Source of the DNA: a virus
Taxonomy: Duplodnaviria > Heunggongvirae > Uroviricota > Caudoviricetes
Reading direction: 5' to 3' (one strand)
Length of the DNA: 64,000 nt
Virus record (IMG/VR): IMGVR_UViG_3300037067_009442
Span: 157,721 to 221,720 of that record
A program made the translations under genes and the position numbers. Positions 8,907-18,506 of this stretch are shown here, one piece after another; positions within the stretch are counted from its first letter, which is position 1; each line of letters opens with the position of its first letter. Under the pieces are notes generated by a model. That model ran no database searches. It saw nothing but the letters and a program-made list of their open reading frames with translations, and had not been told where the DNA came from.

Positions 8907-9599
8907 TTAGCGTTTAATCCCGTTCTTGTTCATAATTCCCTGGATGAGCTTGAAGCGTTCCATACTCATCTTCTGTAGTTCCTCAAGAGTCCGAATTTCC
9001 GGAGGTATATTGACCCACTGCTTGATGGGAGTGAACGGGCAGCTCCGGAATGAAAGGTAATGAGGGTTACTTGGGATAAGTTGCCGCACTAGAGGCTTGC
9101 TGTGGGTGATGATGAAAGCTGCAACCAGTTGGTCAGTGGAATTCTGAGAGAACTTCAGGAGGGTTTCTCCCACGCTAGCGGCCCAACCATCACTCAATCC
9201 AATATCAGGCTCGTCGAAGAATAGGACATGCTTGTTCTCTCTCCCGAGGCTGGTGCTGATAGCGGTAAGGACGGTCTGAGCTGAGTTCTGACCCGTACTA
9301 CGGTACTCCTCTGTCCCATAGATGAAGCTACGAGTTATCCCTGAGGTACCTCTACCCTCCATCGAAAGGTGGATACACTCTACGTCTGCATGCTTGCAGA
9401 CGGATTGAACCACACGGCGGAAGAATGACTTACCTGAGGCATTCCCCCCTAGGCCCAAAATGAGCTTCCCCTGACCCTCAGTGAAGCATAGGGGGATTGG
9501 AACTTTTCCGTCCTCATTCGGGTGGAAGTAGTCGAGAGACATGCACTCCGCGACTAAGGAGGTAGGGGTTGAGGCTTTGAATTTCTTCTTAGTGGTCAT
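8907..9599 (-). CDS. ABC-type / AAA_21-like ATPase
   Basis: Walker A is GGNASGKS, Walker B is VLFFDEPDIG, and an H-loop-like ITHS follows. Confidence 0.55.
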   Translation of the reverse strand: MTTKKKFKASTPTSLVAECMSLDYFHPNEDGKVPIPLCFTEGQGKLILGLGGNASGKSFFRRVVQSVCKHADVECIHLSMEGRGTSGITRSFIYGTEEYRSTGQNSAQTVLTAISTSLGRENKHVLFFDEPDIGLSDGWAASVGETLLKFSQNSTDQLVAAFIITHSKPLVRQLIPSNPHYLSFRSCPFTPIKQWVNIPPEIRTLEELQKMSMERFKLIQGIMNKNGIKR

Positions 9600-9619
9600 G
9601 GGTTAGATAGAGGAGTACT

Positions 9620-9934
9620 CTACTTCACTTTCTCTTGCTTTTCACTGAGTTTTTGGCCGAGCTCTCTACCCGCCGGTGTGAGGGTAGCTTCGAGGTGGTC
9701 TTGTTCATCACCCCTAAGCTCCAAGAAACCCTTTGGTTCTAATGACTTAGCCGTTCGGAACTCATCCCGATGGACTTCTTGGGAGGGGTACCTTGAGTGG
9801 AAACCTGCGGATTCCATATAATCCTTCTCAGTCTTATACAGACCCACTAGTAGTTCCGCTTGCTTAGGGGTGAATCTCATGGCCGATTCCTTTGCGTGAC
9901 CCAGCAGAGTGCCACAGCTATCCGATGCTTGCAC
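9620..9934 (-). CDS. Putative winged-helix (MarR/PadR-like) regulator
   Basis: The pattern FTPKQAELLVGLYK ... GFLELRGDEQDHLEATLTPAGREL resembles a winged helix-turn-helix wing. Confidence 0.3.
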   Translation of the reverse strand: MQASDSCGTLLGHAKESAMRFTPKQAELLVGLYKTEKDYMESAGFHSRYPSQEVHRDEFRTAKSLEPKGFLELRGDEQDHLEATLTPAGRELGQKLSEKQEKVK

Positions 9935-10161
9935 CTATTCCCGTGCGAGCTGTCTGGGCAAGTACAAGTTGAGGTTTTGGCTGAGGTGTCCACTCCGACG
10001 AAGTAGGGGTTTCCTTGGGATCCTATGACTTCCCAGGTATCTTCCCCGATGAACTTACAGCCGGAAACCAAGGTCAGAGCTTTCTGGATCCTGGGAGTCA
10101 AGTCAGGATGCTTTTTGGCCCAGCGTTCTGCTAGGTTCTGTACATCTGATCTGACGGCCAT
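9877..10161 (-). CDS. SWIM-type zinc finger protein
   Basis: CTCPDSSHGNRCKHRIA fits the SWIM pattern CxCxnCxH. Confidence 0.45.
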   Translation of the reverse strand: MAVRSDVQNLAERWAKKHPDLTPRIQKALTLVSGCKFIGEDTWEVIGSQGNPYFVGVDTSAKTSTCTCPDSSHGNRCKHRIAVALCWVTQRNRP

Positions 10162-10227
10162 GCTTAGTACTACGTATGAAGGGCTCAGATCTCAACCGTA
10201 AAGTTTGATACTTGGTGTAGGTCCAGC

Positions 10228-10509
10228 ATGGGACGAAAGCACCGAGAGACCCGGAAGGAAGTCAAGGCCGGACTTCGAAGGTTACCTGGGTGGGTTGAGA
10301 ACGAAATTGGGGAGTTAGCGAGAAAGACCTCAAAGGCTGAAGCTCGCAGGGTTCTCCTTAGAAGGAGTGCCATTCTTCAGGTGGCTGAGGACAGTCTCAT
10401 GGACTCAATTACTAATAGAGTTCGTGAGGAGATCTGTGCTCAAGAGGATGCCAGGGTCCTAGAGATGATAGATCAAACCCTTGAGTGCGGCGGGATGTAC
10501 GCCCCCTGA
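10228..10509 (+). CDS. Hypothetical protein
   Basis: 93-aa ORF. Confidence 0.3.
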   Translation: MGRKHRETRKEVKAGLRRLPGWVENEIGELARKTSKAEARRVLLRRSAILQVAEDSLMDSITNRVREEICAQEDARVLEMIDQTLECGGMYAP

Positions 10510-10518
10510 GGAGTAGCC

Positions 10519-11001
10519 ATGCCAGACTACCAAGATGTTCTAGCGATGTATCGGGCTATCCACTATCATCTCCATAGTCACTCGGGTGACCACATTAACG
10601 CCAATATAGCTAATGAGGATGACGGAGGAAGTCTCAGAATTCGATATGTTTGTACCGACTGTGCCACTGGTGATACTGTTTGGACAACCAGTATCACCTC
10701 CATTCGAAGGTCAATTGAACGGGATGATCGTATCCGAGAACCAATGATGTCGGCTCAGGGAAGAGACTCACTCATTGAGGTCTTACGTCAGTACCCTGAT
10801 ATCAGGGATGTTCCGTTCCTAAGTCCACCAAGGATAACCCCAGAGGTGGAAGCGGAACAACTCAGGCAACTTTGGGGGGTGCCTGAGTTAGAAGCGAGGG
10901 TTGCATACGAAGAGCAGGTGAGTAGGGAAGCAAGGGCCCAGTTCGAAGGTAGGGTTCACGATAAGGTACCCACCAGGTTTGAACGGGAAGACGTGATTTA
11001 G
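10519..11001 (+). CDS. Hypothetical Cys-containing protein; C-terminus ends VPTRFEREDVI
   Basis: 160-aa ORF with gaggag upstream. Carries the shared C-terminal motif. Confidence 0.45.
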   Translation: MPDYQDVLAMYRAIHYHLHSHSGDHINANIANEDDGGSLRIRYVCTDCATGDTVWTTSITSIRRSIERDDRIREPMMSAQGRDSLIEVLRQYPDIRDVPFLSPPRITPEVEAEQLRQLWGVPELEARVAYEEQVSREARAQFEGRVHDKVPTRFEREDVI

Positions 11002-11050
11002 GTTGGATTTTCGTTGCCGTTGTTGACATTGCCTTCATGTTAGGGTACCG

Positions 11051-12316
11051 ATGGCAATTGAAATGAGCGACGATCCCGAGATCAAAGCAGAGCCCACTGA
11101 ATCTCCGACTCCTCCAGTGGAGCCTGAAGAAACCCCGAAGGTACTCTGCCCCAAGAATGGGTTATTCAAGATCATCTCACGAGGTGATACTAAGGACTCC
11201 TCTAACTTCACCTTCACGTGGGAGATCACGAAAGAAGCAGAGGGGGTCCTTCTCGAGAGGGAGGCGAGGAATCCTTTCCTCCTTGTTATCGTCACCGAGA
11301 GCTTCCCGCCTGACCCGCAAGAAGACCATAATCGTGGAATCGAGGGCTCGAGCAAATGTGGTTGCCCTATTTGCTCAGGTTGGACTGATAAGGTCAGTGA
11401 GACCTTCTACTGCCTACATGAAGGTGCGGGTCAGATCCAGTTTGTACGTGATGGTAATTACAGGCTATACTTTTTGATCGTATGGTCTGAGACTAGCTGG
11501 AGTCAACTCTCTTGGGCCAAGGCAAGGGAAGACGTCCGCTACCACAATCACTTCGAGGCGGTGACTCAGCCTAATTTTCCTGGTCACGGGCCACGGCTTG
11601 AACACGTGGAGGAGGTTGATGTTCAGATTACCGCTAGCTTATTTGCACCCAAGCCAAGTGGGTTTGGTTGGTGGTGGGCCAACCTATGGTTCGAAACACC
11701 TCCGAGGAATCAGTGTTTCTACCGAAAAAGACTACTACTCATCTCTATACCTCAAGCCTTAGTATTGCTTTGCTACATCCCACTTCGGGCTCTGTGTGGT
11801 TTGGTTGGTTTGCTATGGTTGATCTTAGTTGGGTTTAAGCTCAACGTCCTTCACCTATCACCTATCTATCAACCATTTAGTGCCCTTGATGCCATCAAGG
11901 ATACCCACATACCTGGGGACAATTATGCTCTTTACAATACCAAGATCAGGGATAGAACATCTCTGGTTTCGATTGTTGCTCATTTACCTATTTTCTGGGT
12001 ACTAGTAGCAGCGGCATCCTTTACTCTCCATCGGTCATCACACCTAGTAAGGTCTTACGTTGGGTGCATTTCCGTTTGGATTGCAGCTCTAGTTTTTCTT
12101 GTTTGGGTAGGTCACCACATCCTAAAGAGAGTCAACCTCAAACAAGTTCCGGATTACCAGCGGTACATAACTCAGAAGATCTCCAAGTTGGAGCCACCTG
12201 ACCCCACTAGGACTAAGGGTATACGGCTCTATGTCAGATACTTGGATTTAACCCACAAGGTCTGTCTTCCGTACGCTAGTAATAAACCCAAGAGGCGGGC
12301 GCCTCTTGATTGGTAA
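11051..12316 (+). CDS. Hypothetical protein with acidic N-terminal domain and polytopic membrane C-terminal half
   Basis: 421-aa ORF with several hydrophobic helices after residue 230. Confidence 0.45.
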   Translation: MAIEMSDDPEIKAEPTESPTPPVEPEETPKVLCPKNGLFKIISRGDTKDSSNFTFTWEITKEAEGVLLEREARNPFLLVIVTESFPPDPQEDHNRGIEGSSKCGCPICSGWTDKVSETFYCLHEGAGQIQFVRDGNYRLYFLIVWSETSWSQLSWAKAREDVRYHNHFEAVTQPNFPGHGPRLEHVEEVDVQITASLFAPKPSGFGWWWANLWFETPPRNQCFYRKRLLLISIPQALVLLCYIPLRALCGLVGLLWLILVGFKLNVLHLSPIYQPFSALDAIKDTHIPGDNYALYNTKIRDRTSLVSIVAHLPIFWVLVAAASFTLHRSSHLVRSYVGCISVWIAALVFLVWVGHHILKRVNLKQVPDYQRYITQKISKLEPPDPTRTKGIRLYVRYLDLTHKVCLPYASNKPKRRAPLDW

Positions 12317-12336
12317 CCTTGGTGTAACTACTTGCC

Positions 12337-12906
12337 ATGGACCCTGTCGAAGTCTACGGCAAGAAGCTGATCAACCTAGAGCGCATCTCGCTTAGGCATG
12401 GCCTACAGTGTCACGTTGAAGTTTTCAGTGAGGTATCCGGTAAGATGGTACCTCACTCAGGGGACTCCTCTAATGAAAGAGACGCTACGCAGCAAGAGGT
12501 CCAGATGTGGAGCCTCTTGTGCCCAGAGAACCCTGAAGAAGACCTAGTGGCTACCCCTGAGGAGGTTACCTCTTCGTGGAAGTATAGAAACGGGCCTTTT
12601 ACGATCAGTACCAAAGACTTCACAGCTATCCGTACTCTCGGATACAAGCACTTCGACCCGAGCACTATCAAAGAAGAGCTCCTGAGTGGGTTCTTCGGTA
12701 ACTATGAAAAGGGTCCTGGGGTCGAGCCTATTCCGATTTACGTCTCTCGGGGGATCCCTACTGGGTTCTACTACGAAGGCCCTAAGATTCCGGAGCTACA
12801 TTGGCGCCCTGATCTTTATGACAAGCGAGTCCTGGAACCTAAGCTTCCAATGGAGATTGAGTGTAAGCTTCAAGAGGAGCTTCGCCCTTTCCAGCTCAGA
12901 GGTTGA
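12337..12906 (+). CDS. Hypothetical protein
   Basis: 189-aa ORF. Confidence 0.4.
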   Translation: MDPVEVYGKKLINLERISLRHGLQCHVEVFSEVSGKMVPHSGDSSNERDATQQEVQMWSLLCPENPEEDLVATPEEVTSSWKYRNGPFTISTKDFTAIRTLGYKHFDPSTIKEELLSGFFGNYEKGPGVEPIPIYVSRGIPTGFYYEGPKIPELHWRPDLYDKRVLEPKLPMEIECKLQEELRPFQLRG

Positions 12907-13116
12907 ATATGCAAACCGCCAAGGGTTACGACGAAGAGAGTGATGTCCTTGTTAGGGAGCTCGGGGAGATTCGAGCTGAGGACGGCAGATCAATCCTCAA
13001 GGTAGGACTCTATAGCTACCGTAGGGGCCCCCCAAAGCTTCGACTTCAGCGCCACGGCACCATGGCTACAGGTAAGCCCTGGAGCTCCCCTGTCCGTCGC
13101 TTGACTCGAGAAGAGG

Positions 13117-13455
13117 TTGTTGCTCTCTTGCCTATGCTTTCAAGTTGGGTCAACGAGTATGCCCCAACCACTACTTAAACAAGGCTACTACTGGGTCGCT
13201 CACTCCACAGCCAAAGAAATGCCCCCAAGAGTGGCATTTCTTTGGATAGGAGAAGAGGGTAAATTCTTTTGGTATGTTACAGGGGGCCGCCTCGAACTAG
13301 ACTTTGAGTACTTCAGTATCATCGAAGGCCCACTCTATGCTCCAATACGATCTGATGGGGGTCCTATTGAAGGAACTACTAGATTTGAGCGTGTATTGGA
13401 TGGGGCCCATATTGAACCGGACTCTAACCTTGAAACTTCGATGCTTGAGGTATAG
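13117..13455 (+). CDS. Hypothetical protein with TTRFERVLDG motif near C-terminus
   Basis: 112-aa ORF carrying the shared motif. Confidence 0.35.
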   Translation: MLLSCLCFQVGSTSMPQPLLKQGYYWVAHSTAKEMPPRVAFLWIGEEGKFFWYVTGGRLELDFEYFSIIEGPLYAPIRSDGGPIEGTTRFERVLDGAHIEPDSNLETSMLEV

Positions 13456-13486
13456 GTTGAAAGTTCTTGTTAGAACATAGAGTGGA

Positions 13487-13879
13487 ATGCCCTCCTTACG
13501 CTCCCCAACGATACCACCGCCGCGACCCAACGTTGACCGTATCACTCCAACAGAGGCCTGGGAGTTCCTAGTCAACTCGCTGAGGACGGTAGAGGACAAG
13601 CTAGGGAAACCCTTAATTATAGCTAAGAGGGTTTCCCAGGAGCACCCTAAGAAGCCGGGGGACTTTAGTGAGTACTTGGAGTTGGATGTTGGGGGATCGA
13701 CTACCAAGGTCACGATGAACTTCATCGTTGACATGGGTTTGTACCTCGAGGTAATTGACTGCCATCGGTCCGAACGGCCGAGAAAAGTCATCAATGAGTG
13801 CCTGACCAGCCGAGAATCCTATCAGAGCACCTTAGGATCTTGCCTTCTTAGAGCCATTTGCAATCAGCTCGCAGTGTAG
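13487..13879 (+). CDS. Hypothetical protein
   Basis: 130-aa ORF. Confidence 0.3.
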   Translation: MPSLRSPTIPPPRPNVDRITPTEAWEFLVNSLRTVEDKLGKPLIIAKRVSQEHPKKPGDFSEYLELDVGGSTTKVTMNFIVDMGLYLEVIDCHRSERPRKVINECLTSRESYQSTLGSCLLRAICNQLAV

Positions 13880-14160
13880 TACCCTGCCAGGGTATGGCTA
13901 ACCAACCAAATCATTGTGCCTCCGGCGAGCCTGGGGAACTTTACACAGTCCGCCTCTACGACGGGTTTGACTACGAGTGGATGGACATCCTTGCTGGAGT
14001 GCCCTATGAAAAGGCTCGAGAGCTCTGGGACTTAAAGACGAAGAACGGCACTGAGAAAACTCGGTACAACGATATCGACTACTACGACATCTTCCCAGCC
14101 AATACCCAAATGCTCCACTCAGAAAGCGGAATCCTTGCATCACTTCATCGAAGCAGTTAA
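13858..14160 (+). CDS. Hypothetical protein
   Basis: 100-aa ORF. Confidence 0.3.
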   Translation: MQSARSVVPCQGMANQPNHCASGEPGELYTVRLYDGFDYEWMDILAGVPYEKARELWDLKTKNGTEKTRYNDIDYYDIFPANTQMLHSESGILASLHRSS

Positions 14161-14419
14161 GGGGACCCCGCCTGATGGAGGAGCTTTCTACTTCTTGGTA
14201 GGAGTAGTTCTTGGCACCTTTGTGATGTACCTGATCCACAAGATTAGGATTGAGAGTGAACGCAGTGAGACTCGAATAGCCCGTAAGATACTGGCGATTG
14301 AGAAAGAGACTCACCAAAGTACTCGTGAAAGTATGACCCGGCAGATTGAGATGGAAAGAAAACTCAGGGACCTGCCAAGGACTCACTTCCCTCGCTCAAC
14401 AGACCAGTCCCTAAATTGA
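14135..14419 (+). CDS. Small membrane protein
   Basis: One predicted transmembrane segment (FYFLVGVVLGTFVMYLI). Confidence 0.3.
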   Translation: MHHFIEAVKGTPPDGGAFYFLVGVVLGTFVMYLIHKIRIESERSETRIARKILAIEKETHQSTRESMTRQIEMERKLRDLPRTHFPRSTDQSLN

Positions 14420-14476
14420 GCTTCCGTGACAATAGTGTTGCTTTAGTAGCTTCCGTTGAGGTAACTTAACCGCGGA

Positions 14477-14959
14477 ATGCCCCGAATTCAATACGAGTAT
14501 CACCTAAAGGTTTACACCTGTCACGGAGAGCTTGAACCCCCCGATGGTGGAAACTGGAGGGTCTATAAGTCCCACCTGGAGAGGGGTAGGATCTACGTAC
14601 AAGTCATCTGGAGGCGGCCTATTCCTGGGTCTATGACCGAACCTGGAAAGTTTGAGCCGATCCGGTCGATGAACGTTGCTTGCATCAACGAAAAGCGATG
14701 CGAGGGCCCCTACGGACCCAATAAGTGTATTGCCTGTGATAACTACTACCGAACCTACCCGAATGGGAAGGCCAGTATCCCTGAGATGATCGATGCTGGT
14801 GAGAAATTCCTTCACACGGTGATAGGAAAGACTGGAGGGGATCACCCTGGGATCATCCGGGACCTGAGACTCCAAGTCGACCTACACGGGACACCCTCAG
14901 TGAAGCCTGAGCAATTAGCCGAGTTGGAGACCTTCTTTCATTCGCTGTTCAAGCCATGA
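14477..14959 (+). CDS. Hypothetical Cys-containing protein
   Basis: 160-aa ORF. Confidence 0.4.
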   Translation: MPRIQYEYHLKVYTCHGELEPPDGGNWRVYKSHLERGRIYVQVIWRRPIPGSMTEPGKFEPIRSMNVACINEKRCEGPYGPNKCIACDNYYRTYPNGKASIPEMIDAGEKFLHTVIGKTGGDHPGIIRDLRLQVDLHGTPSVKPEQLAELETFFHSLFKP

Positions 14960-15414
14960 ACTTCTCAAAAGCCCTTGAGCACCTGAAGGCGGGGCGTAGA
15001 ACTCGACGACCCGGGAAGTTCTGGGTACGCTTGGAGAACTACGATAACACTCTCCTGGGTAAGTATTGGGTAGCCGAGGGCCCAGCTGGTGAGACAACCA
15101 GCTGGGTATTCAATGTCAGTGACCACCTAGCTGAAGACTGGGAGGTAGAGAATGCCCCCACTCCAATCCTATCAGAGTTCAGTTCGGATCAGAGCTGCAT
15201 GATCTTCTCTGGTGCTAATCACCAAGAGATCCTTCGAATTACCTCAGAGGGTAACCTTCTAGTGAAGGGTAAGTTAGTTAAGTGTGATGAAGAACTCCTT
15301 CAGGGTTTCAAGGAGTTCTTCACTTTGATGAATGGAGGGGTTGTTCTTACTCCAGAGCGGAGTGAGATCCCAACTCGATTCGCTCGTATCCTAGGGGGCT
15401 TCAATGCCGATTGA
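14956..15414 (+). CDS. DUF2829-like phage protein; IPTRFARIL motif near C-terminus
   Basis: The N-terminus MNFSKALEHLKAGRRTRRPGKFWVRL resembles the DUF2829 signature. The start overlaps the previous stop (ATGA). Confidence 0.4.
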   Translation: MNFSKALEHLKAGRRTRRPGKFWVRLENYDNTLLGKYWVAEGPAGETTSWVFNVSDHLAEDWEVENAPTPILSEFSSDQSCMIFSGANHQEILRITSEGNLLVKGKLVKCDEELLQGFKEFFTLMNGGVVLTPERSEIPTRFARILGGFNAD

Positions 15415-15697
15415 GGCCCCAGTTTTAGATGGTCGACCTACAATTGAACAATGTACCTTCTGCGGGTCGAGCCCCTTTGACCCTTTCCTAAGGGGTCAAG
15501 TCCAGAGAGGTAAGTGGGACCTCTGGAACCTAGAGATCAGACCTTACTGCGCCCTCATTTGCACATCCTGTAAGGAGATCATAGGGTACGAGCACCCGGT
15601 GACAGAGGAGGTTGACCTAAAGAGTTTCAGGGCCCCCTCACGTTGGTTTGCCGGTAGACTCCTAGATCGTCTTCGAGACGCTTTACGGTTTGGTTGA
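15404..15697 (+). CDS. Zinc-ribbon protein
   Basis: CTFCG ... CTSC pairs in a 97-aa ORF. Confidence 0.35.
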   Translation: MPIEAPVLDGRPTIEQCTFCGSSPFDPFLRGQVQRGKWDLWNLEIRPYCALICTSCKEIIGYEHPVTEEVDLKSFRAPSRWFAGRLLDRLRDALRFG

Positions 15698-15950
15698 TGT
15701 TGAGCAGGTGATCGGTTGCTTGCCTCCTAGTAACTGGAGTTAACCCTTCTCTTTGGAGTAGGTTGTAGACTTTTTCAGTTTCGGAGGTTAGCCCTGAGAG
15801 AAGAGCCAACACTTCGGTGAGCATTTCGTGCCTCTCCGTCTTGGGCTCCTCTTCAGGAAAGCTAGTTGAGTTTCTGAAGTCTTGAGTGATTGTCACATAG
15901 GGAGCATAGCTCATTTGCCCCGCGAGCACCTCATTGACTAGCACATGCAA
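15627..15950 (-). CDS. Hypothetical protein
   Basis: 107-aa ORF convergent with the previous gene. Confidence 0.3.
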   Translation of the reverse strand: MHVLVNEVLAGQMSYAPYVTITQDFRNSTSFPEEEPKTERHEMLTEVLALLSGLTSETEKVYNLLQREGLTPVTRRQATDHLLNINQTVKRLEDDLGVYRQTNVRGP

Positions 15951-16057
15951 CCTAGCCCAATCTTCGGGGATCCACTCCTTGATTGGGACTCGTACCCGAT
16001 CACTGAGAGAAGGTTCAGAATGATTTGATTGACTTGATCTGAGTAGGGTCCCCCGCC

Positions 16058-16732
16058 ATGGCGTTCAACATCAAGTCACTTAGAGTTGTTACTGAAAGTA
16101 CAAACCTCACCGCCAAAGATGATAATCTCATTTATGATGGTACAGGAAATGTATTTGAGCAGTTCTACTTACCCAGTAGCCCTGTAGTCGGTCAGACCCA
16201 TAGTATCACTATCAAGGCAATGGATGATCTTGCCGCTGCAAACTTCTATGGGTCACCCTTCCTAATAAGAGTGACCCCTGCTTACTCCACTGCCACCCTA
16301 TCCATTAGAAATTCTCTGGTGGAGTGGACCCTGAGCTTCACCTTTGATGGTACTGAGTGGATCCTTACTAGGACCCATCCAGTACCAGGGAAGATGACTT
16401 ATCGAAACTTGAATAGTGGACCCTCTGTTAACATAGAGGCTTGGGATGACTTGCTTCACTGCACCGCTAACCCGCTAACTGTCAACCTACCAGCTGTCCA
16501 CTTCACTGGCCAGACCCATAGATTTCTGATTCGACCTAATGGTGAATACTCTGTCACCCTTACTGGGTCCGGCTCTGATGTAATACTAGTTACTAATATG
16601 ACTACTGGCGGAAGTCTTGCTGAAGTAAGCTCAGTAGACATATCAGTAAATAGTACGATAACTACCGTAACTTGGGTAGGTGATGCCTGGTTAACTGACG
16701 TAACAGCCCGCTTTGAGACTTACATAACATGA
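16058..16732 (+). CDS. Hypothetical beta-rich protein; C-terminus ends VTARFETYIT
   Basis: 224-aa ORF carrying a variant of the shared motif. Confidence 0.4.
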   Translation: MAFNIKSLRVVTESTNLTAKDDNLIYDGTGNVFEQFYLPSSPVVGQTHSITIKAMDDLAAANFYGSPFLIRVTPAYSTATLSIRNSLVEWTLSFTFDGTEWILTRTHPVPGKMTYRNLNSGPSVNIEAWDDLLHCTANPLTVNLPAVHFTGQTHRFLIRPNGEYSVTLTGSGSDVILVTNMTTGGSLAEVSSVDISVNSTITTVTWVGDAWLTDVTARFETYIT

Positions 16733-17034
16733 AGTCCTATACTATATTCAACACAGTAGCCCTACTTGCAAGTATATTTGTTCTCACGGGTTGTCCTTCG
16801 CCAACACCCCCGAAGCCTGCTCCAGGTCCAGACCCTGGTCCCTCTCCTACAACAGAGGATTGCTCTGGTTATTGCTCCCATCTCATTGAGGTAGGTTGCC
16901 TTCAGAGCGCCAAATGCGAACCAATGTGTACGAAGGTCCTCGAGGAGAATCTCATCAAGATCCCCTTCTCTTGCGTGATGGATTCTACGACTAAAGATGC
17001 GGCTGTTGAGTGCGGGGCGTCCTGCAAGGAGTAG
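16729..17034 (+). CDS. Cys-rich lipoprotein (signal peptide plus lipobox LTGC)
   Basis: The ORF begins MKSYTIFNTVALLASIFVLTGCPSP. Confidence 0.45.
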   Translation: MKSYTIFNTVALLASIFVLTGCPSPTPPKPAPGPDPGPSPTTEDCSGYCSHLIEVGCLQSAKCEPMCTKVLEENLIKIPFSCVMDSTTKDAAVECGASCKE

Positions 17035-17036
17035 TC

Positions 17037-17849
17037 ATGGACAGGAACTTTGGTTACCGAAAAGACCGTGATGACCATGGGATGCCAGACCTTCAGGACA
17101 TAGCCCACAAATTCAAGCTTGTCACTGTGCCTAAAGCAATCAACTACCGAGCTCAGGTTCTGAAGGGACCTGGGATCATGGATCAAGGTCAAGTAGGATC
17201 TTGCGTAGGTCATGCTACCTGTGGATCCTGTGAGACTCGACTAGTCATCGCCGGGACACCCATCCCTCATCGCTCTCCGGTATGGATCTACGATGTAGCT
17301 CGGTGCATTGAACGTGCCCGTATGTGCTACAACACCCCCAACAACCAACTACCCTCATTGGAAGACCAAGGGTCGATGCCTTCAGATGCTTGGACAGGGA
17401 TCGCTAAGTGGGGTGTTGCGGCCTACAAGGATCGTCCTACAAGCAACGCCACTGCCAACAATGAACCCAAGCTAGGGATGGTTGAAAGCGCTTCCGAGCT
17501 CATCCTGACGGGAGCCTACCGTATCGACAGCACCGGCTCTTCTCGCATCACTGCCATGAAGACTGCTTTGGCTAATGGGTTCCCAATTGCCTTGGCAGTT
17601 GAAGTGGACAGTGCTTTCATGGACTTCAACGGTACTGGTGTCATCAGTGCCCCTAACTTAGAGAACTCGTTAGGAGGCCATTACATTTATGTGACATCCT
17701 ATGAGGTCCTTTCAACCGGTAAGACCATCTTCGGCGGACCTAATAGTTGGACTGATAGCTGGGGTGACGAAGGTTTCTGGTTAGGCGATGAAGGATTCAT
17801 CGCCGGAGCTCGAGACATCTACGTTGCTGATGTTCACGTTGGGACTTAA
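17037..17849 (+). CDS. Papain-like cysteine peptidase (C1 family)
   Basis: Catalytic Cys context DQGQVGSCVGHAT and C-terminal NSWTDSWGDEGFW. The ATG at 17037 is preceded by aggag. Confidence 0.6.
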   Translation: MDRNFGYRKDRDDHGMPDLQDIAHKFKLVTVPKAINYRAQVLKGPGIMDQGQVGSCVGHATCGSCETRLVIAGTPIPHRSPVWIYDVARCIERARMCYNTPNNQLPSLEDQGSMPSDAWTGIAKWGVAAYKDRPTSNATANNEPKLGMVESASELILTGAYRIDSTGSSRITAMKTALANGFPIALAVEVDSAFMDFNGTGVISAPNLENSLGGHYIYVTSYEVLSTGKTIFGGPNSWTDSWGDEGFWLGDEGFIAGARDIYVADVHVGT

Positions 17850-17861
17850 GTCCTGATTCTA

Positions 17862-17895
17862 CAAAAGCAGAGAGCCACCTAGCCGCAGGGCTAAG
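17862..17895. terminator. Bidirectional hairpin between convergent genes (agagccacctagcc-gcagg-gctaagtggctct)
   Basis: A 13-14 bp imperfect inverted repeat read from the sequence. No clear T-tract. Confidence 0.35.
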
Positions 17896-17918
17896 TGGCT
17901 CTTGTGCATCGAGGTGAA

Positions 17919-18506
17919 TTACTTCGAAGAGGCAGGAGCCGAACGGAGGTTGATTGGGCCCGCACGCTTGGTCCGAAAAGCTTCTTCAGTCTCCTCATTT
18001 GTAACAATATCGAACTTTGATAGATCCTTCTTAGGGTACCCGAAGAACCTTGCCAGCATACCGCCGGGGAAGGTATCTAGGACATTTTGATACACTCGCT
18101 TCTTATCGAGTAGACTCTTCTGGTCTGCCTCAAATGAGTTGCGACCTGCCTCAATTACTTGTTGAATCCTAGTGTACATTGATGAGTCCACACTAGGATT
18201 CTTCTCTTGAATGAACTGGAACATGGCCTTACTACCATCAGATCCGTAGCGCCCCTTCATAGCCCCTTCATAGAGCTTTTGAAGATCTGCTGTGTACATA
18301 TCAGGGACTTGAGCCATCTCCTTGATCTTGGAGAAGTAGTTCGCATAATTGTTACGGTTTTGATCATACTGGGCTTGGAGCCCATTCTCTTGACGAGCAC
18401 AATCATTGTTGGTCCCGATAGCAGAGAACGTGAAGATAAGGCCAATCAGGAACAAACCCCCGATGGCAGCTAGAAGTACTTTCATTGCAGTTGACATGTT
18501 ACCCAT
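17919..18506 (-). CDS. N-terminally membrane-anchored hypothetical protein
   Basis: One transmembrane helix (VLLAAIGGLFLIGLIFTF). Confidence 0.4.
   Translation of the reverse strand: MGNMSTAMKVLLAAIGGLFLIGLIFTFSAIGTNNDCARQENGLQAQYDQNRNNYANYFSKIKEMAQVPDMYTADLQKLYEGAMKGRYGSDGSKAMFQFIQEKNPSVDSSMYTRIQQVIEAGRNSFEADQKSLLDKKRVYQNVLDTFPGGMLARFFGYPKKDLSKFDIVTNEETEEAFRTKRAGPINLRSAPASSK

Noticed and set aside
17919-18506. LemA-family assignment for the membrane-anchored 195-aa protein
   Set aside because: The LemA core motifs were not recognisable. Only the N-terminal transmembrane anchor is supported.
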